Assembly: GCA_013239625.1 (NCBI GenBank)
Contig: MU054400.1
Location: 1,771,345 to 1,835,344, forward strand
Direction of reading: 5' to 3'
DNA length: 64,000 nucleotides
Source of the DNA: Lama guanicoe
Taxonomy: Eukaryota
Under the pieces are notes generated by a model. The model was not told where the DNA came from and made no database searches. It saw only the letters and a list, made by a program, of their open reading frames with translations. Positions 14,804 to 29,974 of this stretch are shown here, one piece after another. A program made the translations under genes and the position numbers. Positions within the stretch are counted from its first letter, which is position 1. Each line of letters starts with the position of its first letter.

Positions 14804-15429
14804 TTCCAGGCTCTGTTTCTGATTACAAAAAAAAAAAAATAGCTTCACAATCCTTCTCAACACCCCTGCCATTGCCTACCTCATAGTCTGGCTTGGATTA
14901 GTTTAAAAACTTACTTGCTATTCTTGAACATCCAGTGCTTAAACCGAAAAGTAGGGTCAAGAAAATCCAGAAACTTCCAGAGAGAGCTCTGAGGCTCAAA
15001 GTTGCAGTAATGGCCTCGCCCAAAGTGCATTCCCTGATGAAGTCACCCTTTATCTGGTGACTCCTGGATTCTAAGATTCCTGGGACTTAGAGATGTTCTT
15101 TATAAAACCAACCAGTACTGGCTGACATCTATTTTTAAGTATTCTACATTTGTTTCCTAGTTCTGTATTCTGGCAAATCACAGACGTAGAGGGACATTCC
15201 CTTTTCTATTTCTCAAGTCTACCCCAGTCTAATTTTTACACAGGAGTTTATGTTCAGCACTGCTCACTGAAGTTATTTTTAAATGTGCAAACCCAGTGTT
15301 CATTTGTTTAAGTCTAAACTTCCAGGGTCATCACAGACTTTAACACTGTGGCCTTTTGGGGGCTACAGCACCAAAGGCACATTTCATGCTTGAGTCTTTC
15401 TCACGCACATGCACACCTGCAAGCACTTA

Positions 15430-15627
<198 letters not shown>

Positions 15628-17562
15628 TCACAAGTGCCAAGCCGACTGCAATGAAACAAGATATTATCTTCTCATCGCTGAAGGCCTAATGAGCAGTGAA
15701 AAGCCCCCAAGTGAATTATACAGCAATTTTCTTCCCAAGAGAGGCTCTGTAGGCAGCTCAGGATTATTTATTCTTTTTTTTTTTTTTTAGTTAAGCTGCA
15801 CATTTCTTCCAAGGAGCTCTAGGAGTTTCAGGGACATTAACGACCAAAACAATACTGACTGGCCAAGCCCACACTGCAAGGTAGGAGGAACGTAGTTATT
15901 TCACATTCAGTTAATGAAAAGATACAGATTTCCAGTATCCATCTCCCTCACCCTTTCACATCCATCTCCCAGAAACACACACCACACTGCAAAATTTTCG
16001 TTTCTGCTCTCCCTGCTTATAAATGAATAATTGTATTAGATACTGAAGTGCTCAGAATTGTAAGGACAACTTGATGAACTGTCGCCCAAAGACTTGAGGC
16101 TTCATCTTAAGGAGAAGTTGAGTTAAAACCTGCCTGAAATGGAGACCCGAGGTCACCTTCTTGGTGAGAAGAGACGTGTTAAAAGAGGAAGGAATTCTAT
16201 TTTTATTCCTTTGATCTAATTCCTAGGATAGTGCTGTGTGCCCCTGAGCTCTTCCTGGGGGAAAAGTGAGGTCCTATAAAGCTGAGGAGAGAATTTGCAA
16301 GGGTGATGAAGCTCCATGGATGTTAAGAACAAAACAAAACAAAACTAGGTTTAACACAGAAGAAAGTTTATTTTAGTAACACGTACCTGACTGTTACAAA
16401 CATGTGCTTGAGCAGAGGCAGGAAGGGATGGGGATGACACCAGCCTCCCCACCAGAAACACCAAGATGCAGAACCCACAAACACGCAGTCTGGGACGGTC
16501 CATCTCAACTCTTCAGTGCACCCAGGAAGAAACTAAAGCCCCAAGGAGGGAGCTTTGTACTTAATCTGCACGTGAGACACGTTGGGTTCTAACCCAACTA
16601 CTCTAGAGTTCAAGCAATTCAGAAACACCCTTCAGGACCCCCATGCCTGTTGTAATCCTAGGGTAGTATGGGGGATGTCTTCCCTTTACACATGCTCCCC
16701 AAAGTCTGCAGAAATCCCTAGGGAACTTATTCTGGAATAGACTGAAGGGTGGCTAACATTGGAGCTTCTTTACAGGTACTGCAAATATGATAAAGAAGAA
16801 AATTGGTAACACTACCATGCTATACATTTATAAAACCCCATAGTTCACAAATCAAACTGTTTCTCTTGCTTCTCCCCCATCTCCTTTCTTCCCTATAAAG
16901 CAGTCGGATATAATTAATACCCATTTTATGGATGAGTACATTGAGACTCAGTTAAGTGATTTACCAGAGGCAGATGAGAGTCTGAGAATGCTAACTGGGG
17001 AGGACGAGAATAAGCAGGCACCGATGGGAAGTGAAAGCATGCCATGAGGAAAAGGCAATGATAGAGTGGACAGGGAAGATATTTAGACAAATTGGGGTTC
17101 TTAGAAAGGGAAGGCTGATAATGAAAAAGAGCAGAAGGTGCAGGAAGCGAGTGGACATTAGCTGATGCTAGTCTAGCAGAGAAGGTTTGAAGGGAAGGCA
17201 GTGCTAAGAGGAGAGTGCCGAGAAGTGGTAGGCAGGGAGCTTAGAAAAGAGGAGCTGGAAGAAATCCTGCAGTTAACAGAACCATACAACTGAGGTTCAG
17301 GTCTGTGCAAGAGAGCGTTTCCAACCCATGACTGAGGGTGGATGCCCACTGGCCCAGCAAGAGCTTCAGATCCAAGAGCTCCAGCCAGAAGAGAGAGCCC
17401 ACCACCTAGGGAGACACTGGGGGACACACCTGTAGAGACCCTGAGAGGAAACCAAATCAAGCTGAGGTTATGCACAAGACTAAGCCCTTAACAATATTCC
17501 AACACACATAAAATGTTCAGCCTTCCTCACTCTTTACCGAAACTATTTTGTTCCTCCATTGG

Positions 17563-18120
17563 ACATAGTGGGAACCTGTGTCCTTACTGACACAACCTAG
17601 ACTTTATTCTTCCCCCAGATCAAATGTTCATGCAGGTGACGCTCTTCCCAGCCCCTAGAGGATGGATCTTGATTTGACCAACCTAGTCATGGAGTTTTCA
17701 TTCATCTTGGAAGGACTGGTTTAAGCAGGCACATATGACCCAATCCTGCCCAATGAGACACACAGGAAGTCTTCTACAGGGCTTCTGAAAAAGCTATCCT
17801 TGTTTCAATAGGAGACACATGGAAGGGGCTGCTCCCCTTTGGGCTTGGGTGATGCTGTGTGAAGATGTGATGGCCAGAGTTGCACGTGTGGCCACCGTAT
17901 GGTCAGGAGCCTGGAGATAAAAGCTGCCACCTGGGATGGCAGAGAGGAGAACTGAGAGACCCAAGTCCTTCACAGTATCATCAAGCAGTTAAGTTAAATG
18001 GCTGTGGGACTGCCTGGTGTCTGGAACTTCTGCTATTTAAGATAATCAGTCCTCCTGTTTATAAGCCATTGTGAGAAGACATTCCTGTTCCTTTGAGCCA
18101 AAAGCATCTTCACTGATATA
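17563..18120 (+). mobile_element. MLT1 (J/K-like) MaLR LTR
   Basis: gactggtttaag...tgacccaatcctg.ccaatgagac...aagcca...gccaaaagcatc...actgatata. Confidence 0.65.
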
Positions 18121-18512
18121 CTGGATTACAAAGGGGGAGTCTGCAGCGAGGATTCAACAGAAGAGAATGGAAAGAAGGGTGTGGGAGAGAGGGATGTCTT
18201 TTACCCTGCCCTGACCCCCTTCCCCATGGTCACCCCTCTGGCCAAACAAGCTACTGGTGAGGAAACACTGGACACCTACTCTTCGAATGCAGAGACCCTA
18301 AGCCTGGGACACACTCAGGGCTCCTGAGGTCTAGGACAACCTAGATTTGGTTTCATTTATAGATGAATAATCTCCTTACAAGAAGCCCCAAGGCAGAGAA
18401 ATGGGTCCCAGGCATTCTACCTGACATTTCCAAACAAAAAGTCAAAGGCTGGGAAAGAAAAACAAGATTAAGGAAAAATAAGATTACATTTTTTTTTCCA
18501 AAGAAGCACTCA

Positions 18513-18671
<159 letters not shown>

Positions 18672-19609
18672 TCATCCTCACCCGGGGTTAATTTCAGGTT
18701 AATTACAATGATTGTAGCAATAAGCTAAGCTTCTGAGGTGAAGACTACCAAGGATAGTACTTCTAAAATTTGAGTGAGGTCCAGCAATGTGTCATTTTCC
18801 CTTTTGAGGAAGCCAGTTTCTGCCTCCCCAGGAACCTCAGATTAGCCCCAAACCACTAGTCTCCTTCCAAGTGTCTTCCGGGGCTGCCTGAGTTCTCAGA
18901 TCCGCCCTACAATGTGGGCAAATTGTTCTTGGTTTTCATTAACTCTGAAACCAAAGCCCTGAGCATCTAATTTCACTGCACTCAATCACACACAGGCTTT
19001 CAGGCAACTTAAATATAAAGATATGTTTAGAAATGTCTGTTTTGATTCCAGCTTCGACCAGGAAAACTAAGCACTGGTAAGTGAAGGCAAAGGAACAACA
19101 GGATAACAACAAAAATCAAGTCAGTCTCCAAGCAATAAATAAAACAGGCAGACGGGCTCAAATTTGTGGATAAAATCAAATTCACTAAATGGAATCATCT
19201 GATTTACACCATTACCAGGAAGAGACGTCTGGGAAATATTATAAAATAATTGTGTGGGCAGAGCAAGAAGACAGACCCCACCGGTTCTCTGCTTGGGCTG
19301 CACAATGGGATCATCTCCAGAGCCCTGTCTGCACCCTGACAGAGCCTGACGGACCTGGGCAGCAGGCCTTTGTGCGGCTCCTCAGGCCCTGCTAACGAGC
19401 AGCCGGGCCTGAGAGCTCTAGCACTAGGACTTCACCAGATACTATGAGCTGCTTCCGTCTGGGTAAAGAAGTCTTCCACTATGACTGAAAAACATACCTT
19501 TAAGAGCCTGGTGGATATAAGCGCTTAGTTTGGGATTCAGGTCAGTGTCTGGTTGATGCGCACTTAGTTTAGGATATGGAAAGAACACTGTTTTCATAAA
19601 ACACTTTTG

Positions 19610-19750
19610 GAAAATATGTGCTTGAGCATCGTTTTGGGGGCTTGCTTAAAAGGCAGATTCCCCAGCTGCACCCCCTGTGACTCTGATTCAGTGGCTCTGG
19701 GGTGGGACCCAGGTGACTCTGATATACGTGGTCTGGGTTTCCCGCCTGAG
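19610..19750. mobile_element. MER5A-like element
   Basis: gggcttgcttaaaa.gcagattcc...ctctgattcagtgg.tctggggtggg.cccaggtga.tctgat. Confidence 0.6.
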
Positions 19751-20052
19751 AGAAATACTGTCAAATGATGTGAGTAAAGGAAAAAAGAAAAATACATACT
19801 CCTAATGTCAAAATACAACTTTAAAATCTTTTTTTTTTCTTCCACTTCCCCATTTTTTAAGACTGCATTCTTGCTGGCAATGGCCTTTGAAAATAAATCT
19901 GTTAGGATCTTATAACTTCTCATAGGTAAAACCATCCACTTGATGGATGAATGAATTAGTAAGCAATTAGAAGACTCAAGTAGAGAAAATCAACTCCCCA
20001 GGCCTGTGACTGCAGCCCATTGTTGTCCTTTCTGATTAGAGGCGATGGGTCA

Positions 20053-20274
<222 letters not shown>

Positions 20275-21126
20275 TTAATGTGAAAAATAATAGAAACATG
20301 GAGTCCTTTCATACAATGACAGAAAGCCCTACATAAACAGTAATCAGTAAGACTGGTCATTATTCCTCCCCATGAGGAGTCCTTTGCTAAGAAATCTGAG
20401 CCCGTGTTGCCTGGCTAATTGTCCCATAATAAACCCACACGTATCCTGAGGACTTCAGAGAGCTGGACAGTTCATCAAGGTTATTCAATTACCAATAAGT
20501 CGGCCCTTGCAAATTCAATCTTAGTAAGAACTAAAATTCAGCATCTGTTCTTTCCTACTTATTCTAAAGGATTATCCAGGGTAAATGGCATTTCTTCTTG
20601 CTCAGGGTAGAAAGTGGGCAATCCTGTTACCCCGTCAACAAGTCTAAACAGAGCCATCTGGGTAAGAAGAGCTGTCAACCCTTCCATTGGAAAGCCCTGG
20701 GTTTTGAAAGGAAATCTCAGCCACGTCTAGTCCGAGCATTGTCCTCCAGGGTGGTAAACAAGGTCTTGGCCCCGGGGGAGGAAGGGGGCTCCAAACACAA
20801 GTGGCTGTGAAGCCCCGTGGGGCTAACTTCCAAACCAGGATGGTGCAGCATTTCAGACTCTGCCTTGACTAACATCAATATCCCACATGTATCTTAGAGA
20901 ATCTGAGCCACTCTCCAAGGATAAATACGTAATCCTAACAACAGGAATTCACACTGATTCTCATAATGTAAAAGTATGTTGCAACATTAACTCTATTTCC
21001 ACCCAAGTCTCTCCTCAAAGATGGATTCCCTCCACACCCTCTCAAGACAGCTAAGAGTCGTTATGCCTCTAAATCAAAACAGTATTCCCTCTACCTTCTC
21101 AGTAAGGCCTTTCAAGATCTTCTCTT

Positions 21127-21250
21127 TGGGAGAGAGGATATAGCTCAGTGGTAGAGCGTGTGCTCAGAATGCATGAGGTCCTGGGTTCAATCCCCAGCAC
21201 CTCCATATAAATAAGTAAATACTTAATTACTTCCCTCTGTCCCCAAAATG
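21127..21250 (+). mobile_element. Vic-1-like tRNA-derived camelid SINE
   Basis: A box tagctcagtggtagagc, B box ggttcaatccc, A-rich tail; TSD AGATCTTCTCTT at 21115-21126 / 21251-21262. Confidence 0.88.
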
Positions 21251-21499
21251 AGATCTTCTCTTCACCCTGAATGTTCACTCTGATCATTTCTAATTGCAAA
21301 CACTCAGCCCCAGGGGGCAGCAGGGTGCAGCCTACGCAGCTCCAGAGGACACACCATTAAACCCAGAGACTTCTGTTTATCAGCAGGTATCGCTCGGGTG
21401 TGAAGACAAGCCCCTACACGGGAAAAGATTTTGGCAACCTGCACAATCCAAAGGGCTCCCATGTAGAATTAAAAAATAAAATAAAACCTCCTAAAAATC

Positions 21500-23210
21500 A
21501 ATAAACAACAATAAATATTTTTAAAAGATAACTCAGAAGAAAAAAATGGCAAAACACTTGAATAGGCATTTCACAAAATAAGCCTCCGTATAGCTGACAA
21601 CCACATGAAAATGTGCTTAACCTCTTCACAATCAGGAAAATATAAAACTTTTAAGAAATCATTTACACATCCATCTGACAGCTAAAATTAAAAAAAAAAC
21701 AAAAAAACAACCAATATCAAGCCCTCCTGAGAATGTGCAGACAAAGCAACTCTCATTCTGCTGGTGGAAGAGCAATTTGGAATAATCATCTAGAAACGTG
21801 ACATTATCTCCTAGAGTTAAACATGTTTACCCTATAATACAGCCATTCCATTCATAGTTATATATACACAACAGGGACTAGTCCATGTTGTACTAAGAAA
21901 CGTACAGAATTTTCATAGTAGTGCCATTTGTAATAGCAAAAACTAGGAACTTAAGCAAATGTCTACCAGCGGTAGATTGGATATACAATGGAATCTTGCA
22001 CATGAGATAAGTGAATTCAATCTATACATAAAATACATGAATAAACTATGCGTCAAATAGATGAATTCAAGCTACACACAACAAGATGGGTGACTATCTC
22101 CAAAACAAAACTGAACAAAACAAGCCAGATATAAATGAATACACACTGAATGAATTCCATTTATATGGCTATTATTTATTTATTTTTTAAACGGAGGTGC
22201 TGGGGAATGAACCCAGGACCTCGTGCATGCTAAGCACGCACTCAGTCACTGAGCTATACCCTCCCCCTCATATGGCTTTTTTAAATGAGCAAGACTAAAG
22301 TATTCAAAGTCAGAGATGTATCTTAGGGGAGGAAGGAGAGGTAAATATTGGGAAGGGGCATAACAGGGGCTTCTGCGGTATCACCGATTCTCTTTGATCC
22401 GGTAATGCAATAATTCACTGAGCCTGACATTTATGTTTTGTTTGTTTTTCTGAATTTGTGTTATACCTCAATTTTGAAGAGCTTAAGAAAAACAGTAAAA
22501 GAGAAAAAATAAAAAGGCTGGAAAGCACAGGGAACCTCATATACTGCTAGTGTGTATGGAGCGGCCCCTTCAGCAAACCAGCCACCATTTCCCAGAAGAG
22601 GTGAAGTTGTGCAAACTCCATGGCCCAGGTTTGTACCTGGTTTCCACACCTCGGTTTGTTTCTACACTAGGGACAATTTTGCATACACCCCCATGAGAGT
22701 ACTGAAGAAGCCACAGTAACTTTGTCATAGCAAAAACCCCAGAAACCACCTCATTGCCCATCAACAGGAGAATGGATACATAAAGCCCGATGTGTTCATA
22801 TGACAGAAAATTAATTGCATAGAAGCAAAAATGAAGATCTGTGGCTATACGTGTCAGCGTGAGGAACCGCCAAAACACGATGCTGGTGGGGAAAAAGTGA
22901 GATACAAGAATAGAGTATGATTCCATGCATGTGAAAATCAAAAATAGGAAAAACCAAAACATTACTAACTGATGTATGAAGTACATTTATAACAGCAAAA
23001 CAGGAGAATAAACCTAAAATTCAGAATGGTGTAGAGGAGGGAGGGAGGGAGAGAGGGAGGTCTGGGAGGGACACATTCGGAGACCTGAGAGCTTCTGGTG
23101 ATGTTCTAATTTATAAGCAGGGTTGGGGGTCATGGGAGCTTTCCCAACTATTCTTTATACATATATTGCATATACTTTTTTGCATATTATACATTTACAA
23201 AGATTAAGAG
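21500..23210 (+). mobile_element. Old L1M (L1MC/L1ME-like) 3' fragments, interrupted by a SINE
   Basis: aaatggcaaaacacttgaataggcatttcacaaa...acatgaaaatgtgc; further 3'UTR-like pieces to ~23210. Confidence 0.65.
22171..22269 (-). mobile_element. Vic-1-like tRNA-derived SINE
   Basis: Reverse complement of the same SINE; TSD ATATGGCT at 22163-22170 / 22270-22277. Confidence 0.88.
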
Positions 23211-23764
23211 AGAAACAATTCATGCCTTTTTAATAAAAGCATTACGGGGTGAAATATTATGCAGCCTACAAGCACCACTGAACTAAACAGAATAGGCCAG
23301 AAATATAATAGATACACATACTAAACTCTCCAGTTCTGAGTAATATGCAGTTGTTTACACTGCCAAGAAATATACATGTTTTTCACTTAATATTCAAGGA
23401 GGAATTCTTATGCTCATTTTAGAAATGAGGATTCTGACACTGAAAGAGGAAAAGTAACTTGCTCAAGGTTACTCAGCTATTAAGTGGAGGAGTGAGTGCA
23501 AATCCAAGGCAGCCTGGTTCCAAAGTGCTTCTCGAGGACAGTGACACCATCACTACCAACATCTTACGGTCAACAGCCATCTACCTGCCTGCTCTCCTGG
23601 TTACTATGTCAAGCATTTCCAAATGACATGCTTTCTGCTGGTTCTTATAGAAAGTATTTTTCAAATTCTAAACACTTCATCTTATCAGTGATGAGGCAGT
23701 CCTTCCCAGATGATAGATACTTCGATCTGATTAGACAGCAGTGATGTCTCCATTTTAATCTAGG

Positions 23765-24102
23765 TCAGAGATGCCCAGACTAGAGTCTGCAGGCTACATC
23801 TGGACCATCGCCTGGTTTTGTATAGTCCTGGAGCTAGGAATGTTTCTCCCCTCCACCATTTTTAAGTTGTTTGAAACAATCAAAGAGTAATATTTTATGC
23901 CCCTGTGAAACTTACATGACATTTACATTTCAATCTCCATAAAGTTTCACTGAGACAAAGACACACCCATTTAGCTGGGTACTGTCTGTGAATGCTGTCA
24001 CACTATAATGGCAAACTGAGTGGTCACAACAGAGACCATACATTCTACAAACCTAAAATACTTACTAAATGCCCTAGGACAGAAAAGGTCTGCTGAACCC
24101 TG
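23765..24102. mobile_element. MER58B-like hAT-Charlie element
   Basis: gagctaggaatg.ttt...ataaagtttcactg...caacagagacc.ta...aaacctaaaata.ttacta...tgctgaaccctg. Confidence 0.7.
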
Positions 24103-25180
24103 ATCCAGGAACTGAATGCAGGCGTAGAAACAACTGACGCTGTGTCTCTCTGAGTCCATAAAAATGAAGATTAAAAATAGTACCTACCCCCAAGATTTGG
24201 TATACAGAGTGAGCAGTTAATAGTTGTAAAGCCATTAGACTAGTGCCTGGCACAGAGCATGCCCTTCTCCTCACCCTCAGAATAGCATTTGTTCCCTTGT
24301 CAGTCCTGCACATGACTGAAATCAGAAATATGACGTGGGTGGTAATGTCAGGAGGCAAGTCAAGATATTTACAGCAGAGCAGAGGCCCCTCTTTAAAACA
24401 AAAGTCCTCAAGTTGGTATCATCTGCTTTGGGTTTGCCTGTGGATCTCCAATGAAACACTTAAAAGACTTAATCCAAAAAGACATATACTGAAAAAAGCT
24501 ACCTGTGAAGGTTCAAAGAAGGAAAAGGGCTCAAAACCAACAGAGAAAAGGTGGAGACCCCGAAAGCCCTTAGAAACTCTGAGTCCCCCTGACTCACTGA
24601 GGAAGAACCCATTTAATGGTCACGTTTTCAGGAAGACACTAAGGTCAACTAAATAGAAATTACTTTTTCCTTCAAATCTCATTGGACATTTGTTTCTGGC
24701 AAAAAGTCTGTTTGGTAATGGAAAATAATGATTTTCTATCCTTTAAATCTTGCACCAGGAACTGTTCTGCTAAGATGAATAGTGTCTCTAATGAGACATT
24801 TAGAGGTAAAGACCAGTGTTTAGTTAAATTCTTTTTCAAGAGCTAATAATTCTCTAAAGATATGCTCTTCTAATAAATTAGGTGAGGTCAGGTAATGTAT
24901 TTAGCTAAATATTCCCCTCTGCCTGTCTTGAATTTTTTTTTTTGCCAAGAGGAACACTCTCTCTCTGATTGATCCTCCTTTAGCATACCATGCCACAGAG
25001 TACACAAACATACAGCATCCCCAGAATGAATGCAAATGCTCAGCGGACATTAATTGTAGAATGAGGTGTGAATCTTAATAGGAATGACCTGGGCTGCTTG
25101 GAGCAAAGTTGGGCAGGGAAGGGGATGGATTTGGCTCCACCTGATTCATTTGGGTCTGTGAGCTCCAGACTTAAACTCAT

Positions 25181-25858
25181 AAGATTCCTCAAAAAGCTAA
25201 AAACAGACTTACCATATGATCCAGCAATCCCACTCCTGGGCATGTATCCAGAGGGAACTCTAACTTGAAATGCTACGTGCACTCCAATGCTCATAGCAGG
25301 ACTATTTACAATAGCCAAGACATGGAAACAACCTTAACATCCATCAACAGATGACTGGATAAAGAAGCTGCGGTATATTTATACAATGGAATACTACTCA
25401 GCCAGAAAAACGACAACATGATGCCATTTGCAGCAACATGGATGTCCCTGGAGAATGTCATTCTAAGTGAAGTAAGCCAGAAAAAGAAAGAAAAATACCA
25501 TATGATATCACTCATATGGGGAATCTGAAAAAAGACACTAATGAACTTATCTAAAAAACAGAAACAGACTCACAGATGTAGTAAACAAACAAATGGTTAC
25601 CGGGGGGAAGGGGGTGGGAAGGGATAAATTGGGAGTTCAAGATTTGCAAATATTAACTACTATATATAAAATAAACAACAAGTTTCCACTATATAGCACA
25701 GGGAACTATATTCAACATCTTGTAGTAATCTATAACAAAAAAGAATATGAAAACAAACACATGTACATGTATGACTGAAATATTATGCTGTACACCAGAA
25801 ACTGACACCTTGTAAACTGACTATACTTCAATTTTAGAAACTGCCAATAAAATAAAAT
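25181..25858 (+). mobile_element. 5'-truncated young L1
   Basis: RFLKKLKTDLPYDPAIPLLGMYPE (ORF2 C-term), 3'UTR, (AATAA)n tail; TSD AAACTCAT at 25173-25180 / 25859-25866. Confidence 0.92.
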
Positions 25859-27227
25859 AAACTCATGGGTAGAATGGTCTTCTACCACAAAGCAGAATTC
25901 TCAATTTGAGTTAGGTTAGCTTTTGCTAACTTTAGAGTTTGTTTACCACTGGCTTCAAATGCTTGAGAATGCTCTCAGAACTTGCCCTTCAGCAGGGCTG
26001 GGATCTTAGCATCCATAAGACTCTGGAGAGCGCTCCATGCTCTGGGCCTCAGCTGCCAACTTTTCGAGCTGCGGGAAAACTCCTTCGCTCTTCAGTTCCA
26101 CCCATGGCTCTCTGCACCTCAGATGATCGTTTTCCTCCCTGTGGCCGTGTTTCCTGCCATTGGCAAGGATGCCCTGCCCCAGCCGAAGGTCTGCAGTGCC
26201 TCAGGAGGGTTTCACTCAGCACCCCGCCCTGCCTGAATTTGGCCAACTGCCCCTCTTCACTCAGTGAAGACCTGGGGCCCAATGGTGGTAGGAAAGTGCA
26301 ACTCTGTAGCTGGAGTCTCTAGGGTCCCAATCAGTCAAGTCTGTCATTTCTAATTCTTTACTTAGGGACATTATCTCTTTTAAACTCCTTGGGGACCACT
26401 AGGGAGCTTATCTATGCAGAGCATTAGACAGGACACTACAAATCTGAGTAACTGCCCTGCTATGAGGGAGGCAGTGGTGATGCTCTGGGGCCAGGCAAGG
26501 GCAAGATATATGGAAGAGCAGCCACTTAGAAAGATATCAGAGTACTTTACAGGAAAACTCAGCTTTCAGGTCATGTTCTATTGCTTCATAACTGAGTAGC
26601 CTTGAACAAGTTAATTTCTCAGGTCTCGATCTCCTTATTGGTAAAAGGCGGCAGTCGCAAACAGTCCAGCGGAAGAAGGTGAATTGACTGAGCAGATGGT
26701 GGCGGCTCAGAGAACAAATGATTCTTCTAAAGGGCACTGCTGCTTAGGGCTGCATGTAGGTGTCAGGGCCTTGTGTTACCAAGTCCCCCAGTTGCACGTA
26801 AAGCTGGAACTTTCTGGCAACTAATTCCATTTTTCTAAACTATTATTTGGCCAAAGAACATACATCTGGGTGAGTGCATAGTCCAAGGACTGTCATCTTA
26901 TAACCTCTGCTTTGGACTCCATGGGTCCCTCGTGTCATAACTGAGTATCAAGTGTCTTTGCTTTGGACTAGTGACCTCTTGATATTCAAAGGCTCTGGAT
27001 GGTAGTTGTAGCCATGGATGAGCAATAACAAGTAGGAAGTAAATTAACTGTTGCTTCATGAATATTGTTTTTTAAATAGAGTCTTTCAAACCATGAGGTC
27101 ATAGGGTGTGCAGATGATGAAGGAGAACCCAGCTTGGTGGAGAAGCAGCTGAAGATCCCTGCGCCAAGTCACCCAGTGCTTCCCCAGGTCCTGACCCAGA
27201 GTTACTCTTCAGCAAATATTTGCTGCA

Positions 27228-27292
27228 TGAATGGATGGACAGATGCATGGATGGATGGATCATGGATGGATATGTGGATAGATGGATGGATA
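27228..27292. repeat. Imperfect (GGAT)n microsatellite, L2-tail type
   Basis: atggatggacagatgcatggatggatggatcatggatggatatgtggatagatggatgga. Confidence 0.75.
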
Positions 27293-28771
27293 AATACACT
27301 TATAGTCTCATCAAAAGTTTAAACACCTTTGACTCCACGCATAACTTAATTCACCTGTTGGGGGTGATCAGAGAGCATATTAAGTAATCAGTGAGTCCAG
27401 CTTTCAATACTATCCTTCTCTTCTTTGTGCCATGTTGCATTTCTGTTACATTCCTCTTTCTCCCTTCAAGTCACTTTCGCCAGATTTCATCTGTATAAGG
27501 AATATTGATGGATTGGGTGCACACATCATTTGTGCCTGGCCCAACCCTTTCTAGAAATCTCCCTGATTCTAAGCCACATAATACAAGGATTTAGTTTTTA
27601 CAGGAAGAGTATTTGGTGCTAAATCATTCCATCTTGCCATTCCTAAGAGAGGTATTATACCAAGTAACAACAGAGAATGGAAGTTGATTTGATAACCTAC
27701 CAGAGGGAGGGGGAGGAGAGGGAGGGAAGGAGGGAGAGATTCTAGGGTTTTGGAATGAGAGACTTGAGAAGGGAAAGGATACAGGGAGAGGGGAGAAAGG
27801 ATGACAGAGGGAAAGCACATTTCAAGAAAGGTGAGAGTTGTAAAATAAACTGACATTTCCCCTCTTCCTTTTACACAATAAACACTCTTCTCAAAGCTGG
27901 GCAAAAACACTTCCTAAGGGAGCTGCTGTGATCTAACCATCAGAAGCACAGGTAGAGGGGCATTTTCATAGCAGGGCATTTATTCTAGAAAGCTAGGCAT
28001 TTTTAAAGCCAAGGCACATGATTTAAAGAGAATGTGAGTTTTGAGAAATAAAAAGAGATAACAACTTTGTTTAAAATACGCTTGGTGTCATTACTGCTTC
28101 CAGCATAAGACTCACAGCATTAGATCATTATTACGGTGGCGTCTAATCGGGTATTTTTTCTGCTCTTTAAGGGCAAGGAATATACTTCATCAAACCACTT
28201 CACTGCCGGTTGAGCTTTCTGAATATTTAAATGCTGATGATCTGTGCCTGAAGCTAATCCAAAGATCTTTGCCTTTAATGAGAAACCTGATGAACTGGTC
28301 TAACTGAGTAGACACTCTAGGAAAACCTCCAGAGAACCCTGTCGGGGGTTCCTGATAGTAAAATCAATCCTACTCTTGATTTTCACGCCCCTCTGAGCCC
28401 CCTCAGGGCTAATGGAATGGGTAATTTCCTCTTCACCCAGATGGCCATGATTGAAGCTGTGGAAAACAGAAACCGAGAGAGTGAAAAAAAGAAAAAAAAA
28501 GAAAAAATAATAGAACTGTCACATCCCCAGGGATGGTGGCTTCCTCCAGCCACCAGGAGGCTCCAGAAGGAGGAATAACCTATTTCTGAGAAATTCCAGT
28601 GCTAGGACCTCATCTCTGCCTACCAAAGTCAAATAAAATCTAGATATTATGAAATTACTTTTATACATAGTTTTAAAAGCTAGAAAGTCTCTTTTGTCTT
28701 AAAATTAGCTATAGAGTCAAGATAGTGAAGCAGAAATTGATTGTAGGCCTGCCCTGCCAAGTGTTAAAATA

Positions 28772-28960
28772 AGAGTTCACAAATGAACTCATGGGTTAAA
28801 TCTGGCCCACCGTCTGCTTTGTTGACAAAGTTTTATTGAATCATAGCCCACTCATTCATGTGTTGTCTATGTCACTTAACAAAAGCAGAGCTGAGTGGCT
28901 GCAACAGACACCATGCAGTCCAGAAAGCAAACAAATGTATGAACTACACCTGACCTAGAA
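28772..28960. mobile_element. MER58A-like element
   Basis: aaatctggcccacc.tctg.tttgt...aaagttttattgaa.cat agcc...gcagagctgagt.g.tgcaacaga. Confidence 0.65.
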
Positions 28961-29074
28961 GAATCATTCAGCCTCAAAAATGAGAATCTTACATATCCAC
29001 ATTCTCTAGTTCACAGGATATTAAGAGGCCCAAAGATACCTTTATAAAATCTTTTAAAATAAAACTCTCTTAGA

Positions 29075-29955
29075 GTTACACATCTATTAGAATGGCCAAA
29101 ATCCAGAACACTGAAAATACCAAATGCTGGTCAAGATGGGGAGCAACAGGAACGCTCATTCATTGCTGGTAGGAATGCGAAATACAGCCAATTTGGAAGA
29201 CAATTTGGCAGTTTCCTACCAAATGAAGTACATTCTTACCATACAATCCAGCAATCAAGCTCCTTGATATTTACCCAAAGGAGATGAAAATTTATGTCCA
29301 CACAAAAACCAGCACGTGGATGATTATGACAAGTTTATCCATAATTGCCAATGCTTGAAAGCAACCAAGGTGTCCTTGTCCATTTACCAAGGTGAATGGA
29401 TAAACTGTGGTACATCCAGACAAGGGACTATTATTCAGTAATAAAAAGAAACAAGTTACTGATGAAAAGACATGCAAGAATAAGATTAGCATATTGCTAA
29501 GTGAAAGAAGCCAATTTCAAAAGGCTACATACTGTATAGTCCCAACTATATGACATTTTGGAAAAGGCAAAAGTATGGAGACAGTTACCAGACTGATGGT
29601 CTCCTGGGGTTAAGGAGGAGGGAAGAACGAACAGGCAGAGCACAGAGGATGCTGAGGGTAGTGAAAGTGTTCTGTGCTATGACAGGGACACATGTCATTA
29701 TACTATTGTCCAAACCCATGGTATGTACAACATCGAGAGTTAACCCTAAGGTATATGAACAGTGAGTAATAATTATGCATCAATGTAGGTTCATCAGTTA
29801 TAATAAATGTACCACTCAGGTGGGGAATGTTGACAACGGGGGAGGTTAGGCATGTGTTGGGGCAGGGCACATAGGGGAAATCTGTGTATCTTTCATTCAA
29901 TTTTGGTGTAAATCAAAAACTCTTCTAAAAAATAAAGTGTATTAAACAAAAAAAC
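29075..29955 (+). mobile_element. Old L1 (L1MC-like) 3' end
   Basis: tattagaatggccaaaatccagaacactga...ttatgtccacacaaaaacc...ctaaaaaataaag with A-rich tail. Confidence 0.8.
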
Positions 29956-29974
29956 CCTCTGTTAGTCAATGAGA

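Noticed and set aside
21127..21210. tRNA gene (also 22190-22269 and 38537-38615)
   Set aside because: A/B boxes are present, but A-rich tails, TSDs and divergence among the three copies indicate SINEs
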